A DNA stretch of 64,000 nt. Origin: an uncultured virus (IMG/VR IMGVR_UViG_3300042890_006716). Taxonomy: Duplodnaviria; Heunggongvirae; Uroviricota; Caudoviricetes. Position 1 is the first letter of the stretch; every line of letters starts with the position of its first letter. The notes under the pieces are model-generated. The model was not told the origin of the DNA, did no database searches, and saw nothing but the letters and a program-made list of their open reading frames with translations. The position numbers were made by a program, and so were the translations under genes. The stretch lies in IMG/VR virus record IMGVR_UViG_3300042890_006716; one strand, written 5' to 3'. Below, piece after piece: positions 21,183-31,686 of the stretch.

Positions 21183-21356
21183 ATGGAAACTTTGAAGCAA
21201 ATTAAAGATTTAACCGAAACTCTATCGTTTGACACGGAGAAGTTCTACAAAGGTAATAAAAGTGCCGGTACAAGAGCTAGAAAGACTTGTCAAGAATTGA
21301 AAGCTTTGTTACAACAACTTCGCGTAGAGATTTTGGATGAGAGTAAAAAAGACTAA
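21183..21356 (+). CDS. Histone H1-like (Hc1-family) small protein, absent from the ORF track
   Basis: Manual translation METLKQIKDLTETLSFDTEKFYKGNKSAGTRARKTCQELKALLQQLRVEILDESKKD; GNKSAGTRARK motif. Confidence 0.8.
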   Translation: METLKQIKDLTETLSFDTEKFYKGNKSAGTRARKTCQELKALLQQLRVEILDESKKD

Positions 21357-21359
21357 GTT

Positions 21360-21539
21360 ATGTTGAATATTAACACTATTTTTTTATTTGTGTTTATATT
21401 TTCAATATTGGTTAGTTTAAGGAACCTCGTAAGATTAATAGGGGCCCTGTTAGGAAACGAACTTAAGTTATCTAACAGGGACTTATTGTTTTTTGGGCTT
21501 TCTATTAGTTATATTTTAACCTATATTTTACAAGTATGA
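21360..21539 (+). CDS. Small two-TM membrane protein, absent from the ORF track
   Basis: 59-aa ORF MLNINTIFLFVFIFSILVS...; ATGA overlap with the next gene. Confidence 0.6.
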   Translation: MLNINTIFLFVFIFSILVSLRNLVRLIGALLGNELKLSNRDLLFFGLSISYILTYILQV

Positions 21540-21973
21540 ACTTATACCAACACATAGAATCCTTCGGGAGTTACTTTGTCTCAATGAGAAAACTTGAGAC
21601 TTATATGTCTATAGACTTAGCCTTCCCCTCAAATTGGGGATTACCAAAATCAATTCAAGAGATTTGTAGTATTGTTCCATTTGATTCTGGCGTGGAAAAT
21701 ATGAAAGGAATTAGTTTTGTCTGTGAAATGAGTGAAATATCTTTTGAGAAAACAATTACAGGTATCAATAAAGTTATTAGATTGAATAAGGAACGTGAAA
21801 TGAAAGATGAATTATTCAATCTTGCGGTACAACAACTTAAAGAAACTTTTGCTAAGAGAGATTTAGACACTTTAAAGACCTTACAATTTGAGTTTGGAGA
21901 TAAACCACAATTACTTGATATTATAGATGAGCCACGAGGAGAAAATGTTGAACTGGCTGAAGAAGGAAATTGA
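21536..21973 (+). CDS. Hypothetical protein
   Basis: 145-aa ORF. Confidence 0.7.
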   Translation: MNLYQHIESFGSYFVSMRKLETYMSIDLAFPSNWGLPKSIQEICSIVPFDSGVENMKGISFVCEMSEISFEKTITGINKVIRLNKEREMKDELFNLAVQQLKETFAKRDLDTLKTLQFEFGDKPQLLDIIDEPRGENVELAEEGN

Positions 21974-22109
21974 TAAAGACCAAGCCGAGTTAAACAACGA
22001 AAAGACTAAGTTCGCTGAAGAACTTAAAAAACTAAAAAAAGATGAATTATTCGTCAAACCAAAAGAAACATTATGGAGCAAGATAAAGAGAATTCTCTGG
22101 ACGAATTAG
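21927..22109 (+). CDS. Hypothetical protein
   Basis: 60-aa ORF overlapping both neighbours. Confidence 0.55.
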   Translation: MSHEEKMLNWLKKEIDKDQAELNNEKTKFAEELKKLKKDELFVKPKETLWSKIKRILWTN

Positions 22110-22303
22110 GAAAGATGGCATTACTGTCTGATTATTTGGTTGACCTTTTTCCTGAAGGTGACACAATAGTTGTTTTTGAATTAAATAAAGAAGACTATAG
22201 TAAAATGATTGGAAAATTCAGGGAAATTGACAGACATCACAACCAGTTTACTGTTGAAATATCAGGGGTTGATTTTCATTTTATGTTGACCGAGGATAAG
22301 TAG
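22073..22303 (+). CDS. Hypothetical protein
   Basis: 76-aa ORF. Confidence 0.6.
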   Translation: MEQDKENSLDELGKMALLSDYLVDLFPEGDTIVVFELNKEDYSKMIGKFREIDRHHNQFTVEISGVDFHFMLTEDK

Positions 22304-22922
22304 TGTGTTTACGGTATAACATTTTTTTATCAAACCCATATTCTGAAAGTAATTTAATTAGATATTTCTTTTGAGGTTTGGAAGTATCATTCACAAACAT
22401 ACAATCTTTTCTTTTTTGAGTGTAGATATGTTCAGATAAACACTCAATGAACCTCATACATTCACTCTCACTTTTTAATGAGAATAGTTTTAAGTTATCA
22501 TCATTTTGCAATATAATTTTGTTGTTAAGAGGATAGATAACTTTTAAACTATCGTCCTTTTTTAATAAGGAAACAAAATCGGTTATTGATATTTTTTTAT
22601 TATTGGAAATATCGAATATAGTTTCTTCAACTTTGTATGGTGATATTTTTATTGCGGTAAAAGAATCATCCTCAAATGTTACTTTAATATTTCTACCAAT
22701 CTCATCTTGAATATAGATTTGATTTGATTTTGGTTTTTTATCTGACAATAAACCAATGTCGTATTTTGAGGGTTTCCCGTTATCAAATAACTTTTCAAAA
22801 ATAACACTTTTATTTTCTTTTAACATTTCGTTATAAAAATCCTCGGCTTTTTTTGAATTAGAAAATTTCTTTATTATCTTTTTCTTAGTCTTATCCTTAA
22901 ACAATACAATATAGAAGTTCAT
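22281..22922 (-). CDS. Hypothetical protein
   Basis: 213-aa ORF; local base skew switches to the minus-strand coding pattern. Confidence 0.75.
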   Translation of the reverse strand: MNFYIVLFKDKTKKKIIKKFSNSKKAEDFYNEMLKENKSVIFEKLFDNGKPSKYDIGLLSDKKPKSNQIYIQDEIGRNIKVTFEDDSFTAIKISPYKVEETIFDISNNKKISITDFVSLLKKDDSLKVIYPLNNKIILQNDDNLKLFSLKSESECMRFIECLSEHIYTQKRKDCMFVNDTSKPQKKYLIKLLSEYGFDKKMLYRKHTTYPRST

Positions 22923-22933
22923 ATAATAGCTGA

Positions 22934-23869
22934 ATGAAAAATTATTTCGAAATTTTAGGTGTTTCTGAAAACGCGTCTGACGATGAAATCAAAAAAGCGT
23001 ATAGGAAATTAAGTAAACAATATCACCCAGATGTAAACCCTGAAGGTGCTGAAAAGTTTAAAGAAATCGCCGAGGCGTATGATATATTATCAAATCCGTC
23101 TAAAAAAGAATCATATCTTAACTCACAAAACAATCCCTTTGCAGGTTCTCAATTTGAGGACTTTTTTAGAGAGATGTTTCAAAATGGGGGGAGAGGTAAT
23201 CCAAGACATAGAAAAGTTCCTGATAAAGTTTTAAAGGTTGATGTCAGTGTTTTAGAATCTTATAAGGGGGTTACTAAAAACTTAAGTTACCAAAGAGATG
23301 TTGCTTGTAATAGTTGTTCAGGTTCTGGTGGTGATAGAGTTGGTTGTAATGGATGTGGTGGCACAGGTGCTATCACTCAAATCCTTGGTTCAGGATTCTT
23401 CCAACAACAAGTTAGAAGTGCTTGTCCACAATGTCAGGGTAAAGGGTATAATTTAGCCAGATTCTGTAGTAATTGTTCTGGTGTTGGTACAACAAAGAAA
23501 TTTGAAAGTATAAGTGTAAACTTACCTAAAGGGGTTGATGAAGGTCAGTTCTTCAAGATGGACCAAAAGGGTGACTTCCAACAAGGTATGTATGGAGATT
23601 TAATCTTAAAAATAGAAATTGTTGAATCAGAAGGATTTCAAAAAATGGGGGATGATTTGATTTATAATCTCGTATTGGATTATAAAGATTTAACTGAGGA
23701 TTATTATACTATCCCACATCCCGATGGTGAATTGAAAGTTGCCGCACCTAAAGTGTTTGATAGTAACGTACCGTTGAGATTAAAAGGTAAAGGATTCAAC
23801 GGGGCGTATATGTATGTTAAATTAAGTGTTAAGTTCGATAAGGCTACTTTAGAAGCCAACGAAAAATAA
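22934..23869 (+). CDS. dnaJ: DnaJ chaperone
   Basis: J-domain with HPD; four CxxCxGxG zinc-finger repeats; C-terminal domain. Confidence 0.95.
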   Translation: MKNYFEILGVSENASDDEIKKAYRKLSKQYHPDVNPEGAEKFKEIAEAYDILSNPSKKESYLNSQNNPFAGSQFEDFFREMFQNGGRGNPRHRKVPDKVLKVDVSVLESYKGVTKNLSYQRDVACNSCSGSGGDRVGCNGCGGTGAITQILGSGFFQQQVRSACPQCQGKGYNLARFCSNCSGVGTTKKFESISVNLPKGVDEGQFFKMDQKGDFQQGMYGDLILKIEIVESEGFQKMGDDLIYNLVLDYKDLTEDYYTIPHPDGELKVAAPKVFDSNVPLRLKGKGFNGAYMYVKLSVKFDKATLEANEK

Positions 23870-23981
23870 CATAAGTGGTGTATATCGTAGCACTAACCAT
23901 ATATGCTCCGGCAATCAATGACAACCACTGATTTTTAGTTAATCTTATTGGTGAACCTTTTTTACAATCTTGACAAGCCAT
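23844..23981 (-). CDS. Small CxxC + TM protein, absent from the ORF track
   Basis: MACQDCKKGSPIRLTKNQWLSLIAGAYMVSATIYTTYVIFRWLLK. Confidence 0.55.
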   Translation of the reverse strand: MACQDCKKGSPIRLTKNQWLSLIAGAYMVSATIYTTYVIFRWLLK

Positions 23982-23994
23982 AGTATTTATTATT

Positions 23995-24171
23995 ATGAGA
24001 GATTTAATTAAATCAATTATTAAAGAATATATTCAAACAAACGAGGCAAGTAAATCTAATTTCAAAAAACCTCGTAAGTGGAGTCAATCATATTGTAAAA
24101 AAACCCCGTGTAGCAAGATGGGGTTTTCTCAAAAAGCGTCTTGTCGCCCATACAAAAACTGTTATCAGTGA
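23995..24171 (+). CDS. Small Cys-rich protein, absent from the ORF track
   Basis: MRDLIKSIIKEY...YCKKTPCSKMGFSQKASCRPYKNCYQ; TATTTAT 4 nt upstream. Confidence 0.65.
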   Translation: MRDLIKSIIKEYIQTNEASKSNFKKPRKWSQSYCKKTPCSKMGFSQKASCRPYKNCYQ

Positions 24172-24407
24172 TTGTTTCTCTGAAGCTCTCTAAGTCTTAG
24201 ATAATCTTCTTTACTTATTGTGGTTCTTGAAACGATGACATAATACTCACCATCCCTTTCAACCCAACGTTGTCTATGAATTGGTCGCACTTCTGACACA
24301 ACTTCTGTATTTTGTTGTGTCTTGTGTTTCTTCTTTCCTTTTCCGCCTTGAGCGAATGATGGTGTGAATAATAAACCCATCATTAAAACCAATAAAAACT
24401 TTTTCAT
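24165..24407 (-). CDS. Small secreted protein
   Basis: Signal peptide MKKFLLVLMMGLLFTPSFA-Q. Confidence 0.7.
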   Translation of the reverse strand: MKKFLLVLMMGLLFTPSFAQGGKGKKKHKTQQNTEVVSEVRPIHRQRWVERDGEYYVIVSRTTISKEDYLRLRELQRNNH

Positions 24408-24559
24408 TTTATTTTAATTTATTTTGGTTTATGAAAAGTGTTAACACTCTCTTAACATAAGTATAAGGTTGTGTTAACATATATCAATATCTTGAAAAAA
24501 CTTAACATTGGGGGTTGCTTTTTAAGAATCTAATTCTTATCTTTGTAAAAAAGAATTCT

Positions 24560-25399
24560 ATGCTCAGTTATATTGGAGGTAAAAGTAAGATTGGTAAATG
24601 GATAGTTGATTTCTATCCAACAGATATGGAAACGTATGTTGAAACATTCGGAGGAATGTTTTGGTGTTTTTATAATATGGATTTAAAAAAATTCCCTAAT
24701 TTAAAAACTGTTGTTTACAACGACTTTAATCCATTGAATCACAATTTATTTTCTTGTCTTAAGAATCCAAAAGAACTACTCAAGGCTGTTAATTCAATTC
24801 CTTGTCAACAACTTGGAGAGGAGACAACTCCTACAATCTATAAAGAACAATTTGTGGAGTTCCAGAGAGAATTATTTTCGGACGGGTTAGAGATTAATAA
24901 TCCTGATTATAATATTGCGGCAAAATATGCATATGTTCTAACACAAGTGTTTAGTGGGAGTAGACCAGAAACAAGTTCGTTCATTGATTTGAAAGGTAAA
25001 TACAAGTCAAAGTATCTAACATTTAGGGATAAGTTATCTAAGCCTGAGTGGGTGGAACATTTCTTGAAAATTAGTGTGGTCGAAAATATGGATTTTGCTG
25101 AAGTAATTGCTAAGTATGATTCACCAACTACATACATTTATTTGGACCCACCATATTGGAAAACTGAGAACTACTACTCAAATCACGATTTTGATAGAGA
25201 CGACCACGAAAGGTTGGCAAATGTATTAGATGAGGTTAAGGGTAAATTCAGTTTATCCTATTATGATTTTGAATTACTACATACTTGGTTCCCTGAAGAC
25301 AAGTATCGATGGGAGAAAAAACTTTTTGCCAAGGCAGCTGCGGCAACCAAAGGTAAAACTCAAAATATGGGGGAAGAGATTCTTATAATGAATTATTAG
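24560..25399 (+). CDS. DNA adenine methyltransferase (D12/Dam class)
   Basis: YIGGKS, YVETFGG, YNDFN and YLDPPY motifs. Confidence 0.9.
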   Translation: MLSYIGGKSKIGKWIVDFYPTDMETYVETFGGMFWCFYNMDLKKFPNLKTVVYNDFNPLNHNLFSCLKNPKELLKAVNSIPCQQLGEETTPTIYKEQFVEFQRELFSDGLEINNPDYNIAAKYAYVLTQVFSGSRPETSSFIDLKGKYKSKYLTFRDKLSKPEWVEHFLKISVVENMDFAEVIAKYDSPTTYIYLDPPYWKTENYYSNHDFDRDDHERLANVLDEVKGKFSLSYYDFELLHTWFPEDKYRWEKKLFAKAAAATKGKTQNMGEEILIMNY

Positions 25400-25445
25400 A
25401 ATAATTTGTGGTTAATTGTATATTTATTATTAAATTTGTAAGATA

Positions 25446-26780
25446 ATGAAGTTCGCAAACGTACTTAAGAAAATCATATTGGAACAATCAAGACTTGAAG
25501 TTTTGATGGATAAGTTTGTATTACCTAAAAAAGATAAAGAAGGTAAACCTTTAAAGGCTCCATTGAGCAAACAAGAGTTCTTCGAATTAATCCAAGCCGA
25601 CCCAACATCTCGTTTAAATGATGTTGATTTGGAAAGAGCATCAAAAGAGGAATTATCTCGAGTTAAAGTTGGTGAATACACTCCTTGGTTAATTAAGAGT
25701 TATATGAACGTTAAGACTGAAATCCCAAGAGGTGAACAAGGTCACGAGAGAGAAGTTAAAGTTATGAGAGAAAGGTTTATGGAAGACCTTTACAAAGTGA
25801 CTGAGGATTTGACCAAGTTTAAAAGGTTTAAAGGTAAGTTACCTCTTGAAATGAGGGATATCAATAAACTAACACCTGAAGCTTTATACGATGCTGTTAA
25901 GGACTTTGACTTAACTATGGCGACAACAACTAAAGCCGAAAGAAAGGCTGCGCCAGTACACCCTGGTGCTGAATCTGGATTTGAGGGTAAAAATTGGAGA
26001 GTTATTAAGATATCTGATAAAGGAGAAAGAGGTAAAGAAGCCGCTTGTTTTTACGGTGGTAATCAACAAGAGACTCGTTGGTGTACTTCAGCACCTGGTT
26101 TAAGTTACTTCGATAGATACATTAAAGACGGACCTTTGTATGTTATCTATAATCCAAATGATACTAATGTATCTCCAACAACAGGATTACCAAAAGAAAG
26201 ATACCAATTCCATTTCCAATCAAATCAGTTTATGGATAAGGATGACCGTAGTGTTAATTTAATTGAGTATTTGAACGGTCCTATGGCAGAACTTAAAGAT
26301 TACTTCAAACCTGAATTTGCTAAAGGTTTAACACACCAAGGTAAAGAATTGGTTATTGATAACTTTGAGTCTGGTTCTGTAGGTAAGTTTATTGGGTTGT
26401 ATGGTTTGGATGAGTTATTTGATTCATTACCTGACGACATACACAAAATTAATATCTCAACTAGAAACACTAGAACACCAATTACATTTAGAATTCCTGA
26501 TACAATTTCAAGATTCACAAACTTAGATAGGCTTACATTTGATGGGTGTATAACTAGTGTTCCTGATGCGATATGTGAACTTAAAAAATTAGCATATTTT
26601 GCAGTTCTAAATTGTCCTGAGGTTAAGTCAATACCTGCGTGTGTTGCCACTTTACCTGAGATTATGATTATGAATATTATGGGTTCAAATAATATAGTAT
26701 TACCTAAGGAAATCACTGATGTGGCATTCGAGGTTGGTCCAGGTCTATATGACTTCACAGAGTTAGAAGGAAGAAGATAA
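25446..26780 (+). CDS. TRWCT-domain protein with C-terminal leucine-rich repeats
   Basis: ACFYGG...TRWCTSAPG; LRR-like units IPDTISRFTNLDRL, VPDAICELKKLAYF, IPACVATLPEIMIM. Confidence 0.7.
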   Translation: MKFANVLKKIILEQSRLEVLMDKFVLPKKDKEGKPLKAPLSKQEFFELIQADPTSRLNDVDLERASKEELSRVKVGEYTPWLIKSYMNVKTEIPRGEQGHEREVKVMRERFMEDLYKVTEDLTKFKRFKGKLPLEMRDINKLTPEALYDAVKDFDLTMATTTKAERKAAPVHPGAESGFEGKNWRVIKISDKGERGKEAACFYGGNQQETRWCTSAPGLSYFDRYIKDGPLYVIYNPNDTNVSPTTGLPKERYQFHFQSNQFMDKDDRSVNLIEYLNGPMAELKDYFKPEFAKGLTHQGKELVIDNFESGSVGKFIGLYGLDELFDSLPDDIHKINISTRNTRTPITFRIPDTISRFTNLDRLTFDGCITSVPDAICELKKLAYFAVLNCPEVKSIPACVATLPEIMIMNIMGSNNIVLPKEITDVAFEVGPGLYDFTELEGRR

Positions 26781-26798
26781 TTATTAAATTTTATTGTT

Positions 26799-27086
26799 AT
26801 GAGTGTTGATGTAAAAATTTACATTGCAGGAGTTAAGAAGTTTTTCAATTCTAATGAAGATGATTTAAAAAGTCTTGTTCCCTTAGAAAAGAAAGAAGAG
26901 TTTTACAAAGAAATCGAAAAGGTTGCACAACAAAACTTTGATAGTGGTGAAGAAATAACTTTAACACAATCACAATATATTGATATATGTTTGAAGTTGA
27001 ATGGTGGACCTAAGAAGAACAAAGAAAAACACAGAGAACAAATACAATTTATTGAAAATGCTTTCGGTAAGATATTTTTAAATTAA
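26799..27086 (+). CDS. Hypothetical protein
   Basis: 95-aa ORF followed by a terminator. Confidence 0.7.
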   Translation: MSVDVKIYIAGVKKFFNSNEDDLKSLVPLEKKEEFYKEIEKVAQQNFDSGEEITLTQSQYIDICLKLNGGPKKNKEKHREQIQFIENAFGKIFLN

Positions 27087-27110
27087 GGGAGGTTTACTCC
27101 CTTTTTTATT
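27085..27110 (+). terminator. Intrinsic terminator
   Basis: aagggag-gttta-ctccctt followed by a T-run. Confidence 0.7.
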
Positions 27111-27138
27111 TTCATATATTTTGTAGTAAAATAATATT

Positions 27139-27447
27139 ATGGAAAGACCGAGGTATATTGAAAGTATTGAACAAAAAGAGGGGGTTATATTTTCAGAGTT
27201 TAATTTAGGGAACGTTGATATTGACGGTAAAAAATTCAACAAGCTTGAATTGGTATACGTAAAGGATAGTTACCCTACAAATAATCTTAGAGAGATGATT
27301 TACTCGGCGAATAAAAAAGAACAAATATATCTACACGTACAGGAATGGGATAGTAATACACGATTTAGTATTGTGTGTTATTTCTTACCTGAAAAAATGA
27401 ACGTTGTGGAAATATATTTAAGGTCACTTTTAAATAAAAAAAACTAA
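27139..27447 (+). CDS. Hypothetical protein
   Basis: ORF after a TATATTTG promoter. Confidence 0.65.
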   Translation: MERPRYIESIEQKEGVIFSEFNLGNVDIDGKKFNKLELVYVKDSYPTNNLREMIYSANKKEQIYLHVQEWDSNTRFSIVCYFLPEKMNVVEIYLRSLLNKKN

Positions 27448-27456
27448 TTATAGAAT

Positions 27457-27765
27457 ATGGAACAGTTAACGACAGAACAATTGAAAGAAAAAATAAATAA
27501 CAAGGAAAGTTTCCTCTTAGATTTATACGCAACTTGGTGTGGGCCTTGTAAAGTATTGTTATCATCACTTGAGAAAATCACATCTGAGAATGAAACAAAA
27601 ATACCTGTATACAAATACGATATTGACACAGACCACGACTTCGTAAGAACAGAGATGGGAATCAGAGCGGTACCGACTTTAAAACTCTTCAAAAATGGTG
27701 TAGTTGATATGACAAGAACAGGAGTTGTGCCGACACCTGAATTAACTGAAATACTAATGAACTAA
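27457..27765 (+). CDS. trxA: Thioredoxin
   Basis: WCGPC active site; IRAVPT. Confidence 0.9.
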   Translation: MEQLTTEQLKEKINNKESFLLDLYATWCGPCKVLLSSLEKITSENETKIPVYKYDIDTDHDFVRTEMGIRAVPTLKLFKNGVVDMTRTGVVPTPELTEILMN

Positions 27766-28046
27766 TGAGTAAAACAATTATTGTTTATACAATGAAAGGC
27801 TGTCCTCATTGTACTGACTTCAAAGAGATGTTAGTCAAAGAGAACATTGACTTCGTTGATAGAGACATTGATGAGTATGAAGAAGAGTATGATATCTTTT
27901 CACAATTAACAGAAAATGATTTTGTACCAGCATTACTCATTATTGAAGAAACTAAAGAAAAAACCATTCCTCATATGTATACTCCTGATAGGGACTATAA
28001 TGAATTAACTGAAGCTGTTGATATAATCAAAAAACATATTATTTAA
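27765..28046 (+). CDS. Glutaredoxin-like protein
   Basis: YTMKGCPHC; FVP. Confidence 0.85.
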   Translation: MSKTIIVYTMKGCPHCTDFKEMLVKENIDFVDRDIDEYEEEYDIFSQLTENDFVPALLIIEETKEKTIPHMYTPDRDYNELTEAVDIIKKHII

Positions 28047-28107
28047 TTGTTTTTTGTTTATCTAAAAAGCATAAGAATTGTATTTATAGAGAGTAGAAAA
28101 ATCCCTG

Positions 28108-31100
28108 ATGGCAAAAAATATAACAATTGTACCTGGTAATTTAGTCCCGAATCCCGGAAGGATTCCCTATATTGATTTTGAAAATACGGGAACTTTGAGG
28201 TTAGAGGTCAGACCTTATGGTGCTGGTACTTCTATAAAGTGGGGTTCTACATTATTAATGTCATCGGGTGGTATCCAAGCGTATGATGATATTAATATCA
28301 TTAATAATCTAACTATTGGAGGAATTCAAGTATTAAATGGTACAGGTGCTTGGTTAGGACCTGGAACAAATATAACAGGATTCCAAGGTAATCAAGGAGC
28401 TCAAGGAGCCATTGGAAATACGGGTGCTCAGGGTTCACAAGGTTCACAAGGTGGAAAGGGTAATCAAGGAGCTCAAGGTTCAGCAAATGCTCAAGGTTCT
28501 CAAGGACATCCTGGTGCACAAGGAAACGTGGGACCAACAGGTGCTCAGGGTAATCAGGGCGCTCAGGGTAATGTCGGACCAACAGGTAACGGAGGAGCGA
28601 CAGGTGCACAAGGAGCTCAGGGTTCAACAGGACATCCTGGCGCACAAGGTAATGTGGGAGCTCAAGGTTCTCAAGGTAATCAAGGTGCTCAGGGTAATGT
28701 CGGACCAACAGGTAACGGAGGTGCGACAGGTGCTCAAGGAGCTCAGGGTTCAACAGGACATCCTGGTGCACAAGGTAATGTGGGAGCTCAAGGTTCTCAA
28801 GGTAATCAAGGTGCTCAGGGTAATGTCGGACCAACAGGAGCGACAGGGTCACAAGGTTCACAAGGTAATCAGGGAGCACAAGGTAATGTCGGACCAACAG
28901 GTGCAACAGGGTCACAAGGTTCACAAGGTAATCAGGGCGCTCAGGGTAATGTCGGACCAACAGGTAACGGAGGTGCGACAGGAGCACAAGGCGCTCAGGG
29001 TTCAACAGGACATACAGGTGCTCAAGGTAATACTGGTAATACAGGTGCACAAGGAAATCAAGGTTCTCAGGGTAACGTAGGACCAACAGGTAATGCGGGA
29101 GCTACAGGAGCACAAGGTGCTCAGGGTTCAACAGGACACACAGGTGCACAAGGAAACGTGGGGCCAACAGGTGCTCAAGGTAATCAGGGAGCTCAGGGTA
29201 ATGTCGGACCAACAGGTTCAACAGGACCACAAGGAGCACAAGGAGCACAAGGTTCACAAGGTAATGTAGGACCACAAGGGGCTCAAGGGGCTCAAGGGGC
29301 ACAAGGGGCTCAAGGTTCACAAGGTAATGTAGGGCCTACAGGTAATGGTGGGGCAACAGGTGCACAAGGTGCTCAGGGCTCAACAGGACATACAGGTGCA
29401 CAAGGAAACACAGGTAATCAAGGAGCACAAGGTAACACAGGTTTCCAAGGAGCGGTTGGACCAACAGGTAATGGAGGTGCAACAGGAGCTCAAGGAGCAC
29501 AAGGTTCAACAGGACATACAGGAGCCCAAGGAAATACCGGTAACCAAGGAGCTCAAGGTAATACAGGTTCACAAGGAGCCGTTGGACCTACAGGTAACCA
29601 AGGTGCACAAGGAGCACAAGGTGCTCAGGGTTCACAAGGAGCCGTTGGACCTACAGGTAATGTGGGTGCACAAGGAGCACAAGGTGCTCAGGGTTCACAA
29701 GGAGCCGTTGGACCGCAAGGTTCAGGAGGACCACAAGGAGCACAAGGAGCACAAGGTTCACAAGGAGCCGTTGGACCGCAAGGTTCAGGAGGACCACAAG
29801 GAGCACAAGGAGCTCAAGGTTCACAAGGAGCCGTTGGACCTACAGGTAACCAAGGTGCGCAAGGAGCCCAAGGAGCTCAGGGTTCACAAGGAGCCGTTGG
29901 ACCTACAGGTAACCAAGGTGCACAAGGAGCACAAGGTGCTCAGGGTTCACAAGGAGCCGTTGGACCTACAGGTAATGTGGGTGCACAAGGAGCACAAGGT
30001 GCTCAGGGTTCACAAGGGGCTCGAGGTCCACAAGGTTCAGGAGGACCACAAGGAGCACAAGGAGCTCAAGGAACGGTAGGAGTCTTTGGGCCAACAGGTA
30101 ATTCAGGTACAATAGGTGCTCAAGGAGCTCAAGGAGCTCAGGGTTCTCAAGGGGCCGTTGGACCACAAGGGGCTCAAGGAGCTCAAGGTTCTCAAGGTTC
30201 TACAGGATTTCCAGGTTTTGCGGGTCCTGTGGGAGGAGGAGGACCACAAGGGGCTCAAGGAGCTCAAGGTTCACAAGGTAATGTTGGAAATACTGGTGCT
30301 ACAGGAGCTCAAGGTTCTCAAGGAGCGGGTGGAGCAACAGGTCCGGTTGGGCCTACAGGTTCTCAAGGAGCTCAAGGTGCCACAGGTTTTTCAGGTGCAC
30401 AAGGTGATGTTGGAAATACAGGTGCTGGTGGTGGTACCGGTACTTTTGGATTTCAAGGTTCACAAGGAGATGTTGGACCAACAGGTGCAACAGGTGCCAC
30501 AGGTGCACAAGGAAACACAGGATTTCCTGGTGTTCAAGGACCACAAGGAGCTCAAGGAACAGGTCCTGGTCCTATTGGAAATATCGGTGCAACAGGTGCT
30601 CAAGGTTCTCCCGGACCTACAGGTGCTCAAGGAAATGTTGGAACACAAGGAATTGCTGGACTTCCTGGACCACAAGGTGCTACAGGGGCTCAAGGACCAA
30701 CAGGTGCTACTCAAGGTGCTCAAGGACCTCTTGGATTCCAAGGAGCTCAAGGAGCAGGTGGAGGACAAGGTGCACAAGGTGCTCAAGGACCTACACCAAT
30801 TGTACCATCAGGTGCTCAGGGGGCTCAAGGGGGAATAGGGGAACTTAGAGGTGCCGGTCCATTAGGTGCACAAGGAGCACCAGGACCTACAGGTGCAAAA
30901 GGACCACAAGGTGCACAAGGCGCTCAAGGACCACAAGGTGCACAAGGGTTAACACAAGGTGCTCAAGGAGCACCAGGACCTGCAGGTGCCGACGGACTAA
31001 CAGGTGCTACGGGAGCTCAAGGTGATACGGGACCACAAGGTGCTCAGGGTGCTCCTGGAGCGCCAGGACCGGCAGGACCACCATCAGCATCTTGTTTTCA

Positions 31101-31686
31101 ATATTCAGGTTATTATGCGGGTGACCCGGGTAGTGCTTGTTCATTAAACCGCGGATTTTATGGGGACATATACTCGCCAGACGATATTACTACTTGGACT
31201 AACAACACATCTGTGTTTGAAAATGCGACTGACTGTGCAAATCTTAGTTGTGTAACTCCTTTACCTGCTCCCGTATGGTATGACTTATCATCACTTTATT
31301 ACGACCTAGACACAGGAGGTTGTTTAATTATTGGTGTTCCTAATACTTGTCCTTCAGATATTAGTTTAAAACAAGAAATTACTACTATTGAAAACTCGTT
31401 AGAAAGTGTTTTACAATTAAATCCTGTTGAATTTGATTGGAACGAATTAGACCCCAACTATGAGGCAATGAAACGAGATGGTAAACTACACTCGTTTGGT
31501 TTTATTGCACAAGAAGTTAGAAGTGTAATACCAGATATAATTGAATTAAGGGGTGGCGGTTATTATAGTTTAAACTATACCTCACTTAACGCTTATTTAG
31601 TAGAAGCCATAAAAGAGCAACAAGTATTTATTGATGACTTGGATTCTCTATTAACAAATTTAGAAGAAAAGGTTGAAAGAAATTAA
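28108..31686 (+). CDS. Collagen-like (Gly-X-Y) fibre protein 1 with Cys-rich domain and S74-type intramolecular chaperone
   Basis: About 900 aa of G-X-Y; C-terminal [10 protein letters not shown]...FDW...GFIAQEV. Confidence 0.9.
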   Translation: MAKNITIVPGNLVPNPGRIPYIDFENTGTLRLEVRPYGAGTSIKWGSTLLMSSGGIQAYDDINIINNLTIGGIQVLNGTGAWLGPGTNITGFQGNQGAQGAIGNTGAQGSQGSQGGKGNQGAQGSANAQGSQGHPGAQGNVGPTGAQGNQGAQGNVGPTGNGGATGAQGAQGSTGHPGAQGNVGAQGSQGNQGAQGNVGPTGNGGATGAQGAQGSTGHPGAQGNVGAQGSQGNQGAQGNVGPTGATGSQGSQGNQGAQGNVGPTGATGSQGSQGNQGAQGNVGPTGNGGATGAQGAQGSTGHTGAQGNTGNTGAQGNQGSQGNVGPTGNAGATGAQGAQGSTGHTGAQGNVGPTGAQGNQGAQGNVGPTGSTGPQGAQGAQGSQGNVGPQGAQGAQGAQGAQGSQGNVGPTGNGGATGAQGAQGSTGHTGAQGNTGNQGAQGNTGFQGAVGPTGNGGATGAQGAQGSTGHTGAQGNTGNQGAQGNTGSQGAVGPTGNQGAQGAQGAQGSQGAVGPTGNVGAQGAQGAQGSQGAVGPQGSGGPQGAQGAQGSQGAVGPQGSGGPQGAQGAQGSQGAVGPTGNQGAQGAQGAQGSQGAVGPTGNQGAQGAQGAQGSQGAVGPTGNVGAQGAQGAQGSQGARGPQGSGGPQGAQGAQGTVGVFGPTGNSGTIGAQGAQGAQGSQGAVGPQGAQGAQGSQGSTGFPGFAGPVGGGGPQGAQGAQGSQGNVGNTGATGAQGSQGAGGATGPVGPTGSQGAQGATGFSGAQGDVGNTGAGGGTGTFGFQGSQGDVGPTGATGATGAQGNTGFPGVQGPQGAQGTGPGPIGNIGATGAQGSPGPTGAQGNVGTQGIAGLPGPQGATGAQGPTGATQGAQGPLGFQGAQGAGGGQGAQGAQGPTPIVPSGAQGAQGGIGELRGAGPLGAQGAPGPTGAKGPQGAQGAQGPQGAQGLTQGAQGAPGPAGADGLTGATGAQGDTGPQGAQGAPGAPGPAGPPSASCFQYSGYYAGDPGSACSLNRGFYGDIYSPDDITTWTNNTSVFENATDCANLSCVTPLPAPVWYDLSSLYYDLDTGGCLIIGVPNTCPSDISLKQEITTIENSLESVLQLNPVEFDWNELDPNYEAMKRDGKLHSFGFIAQEVRSVIPDIIELRGGGYYSLNYTSLNAYLVEAIKEQQVFIDDLDSLLTNLEEKVERN

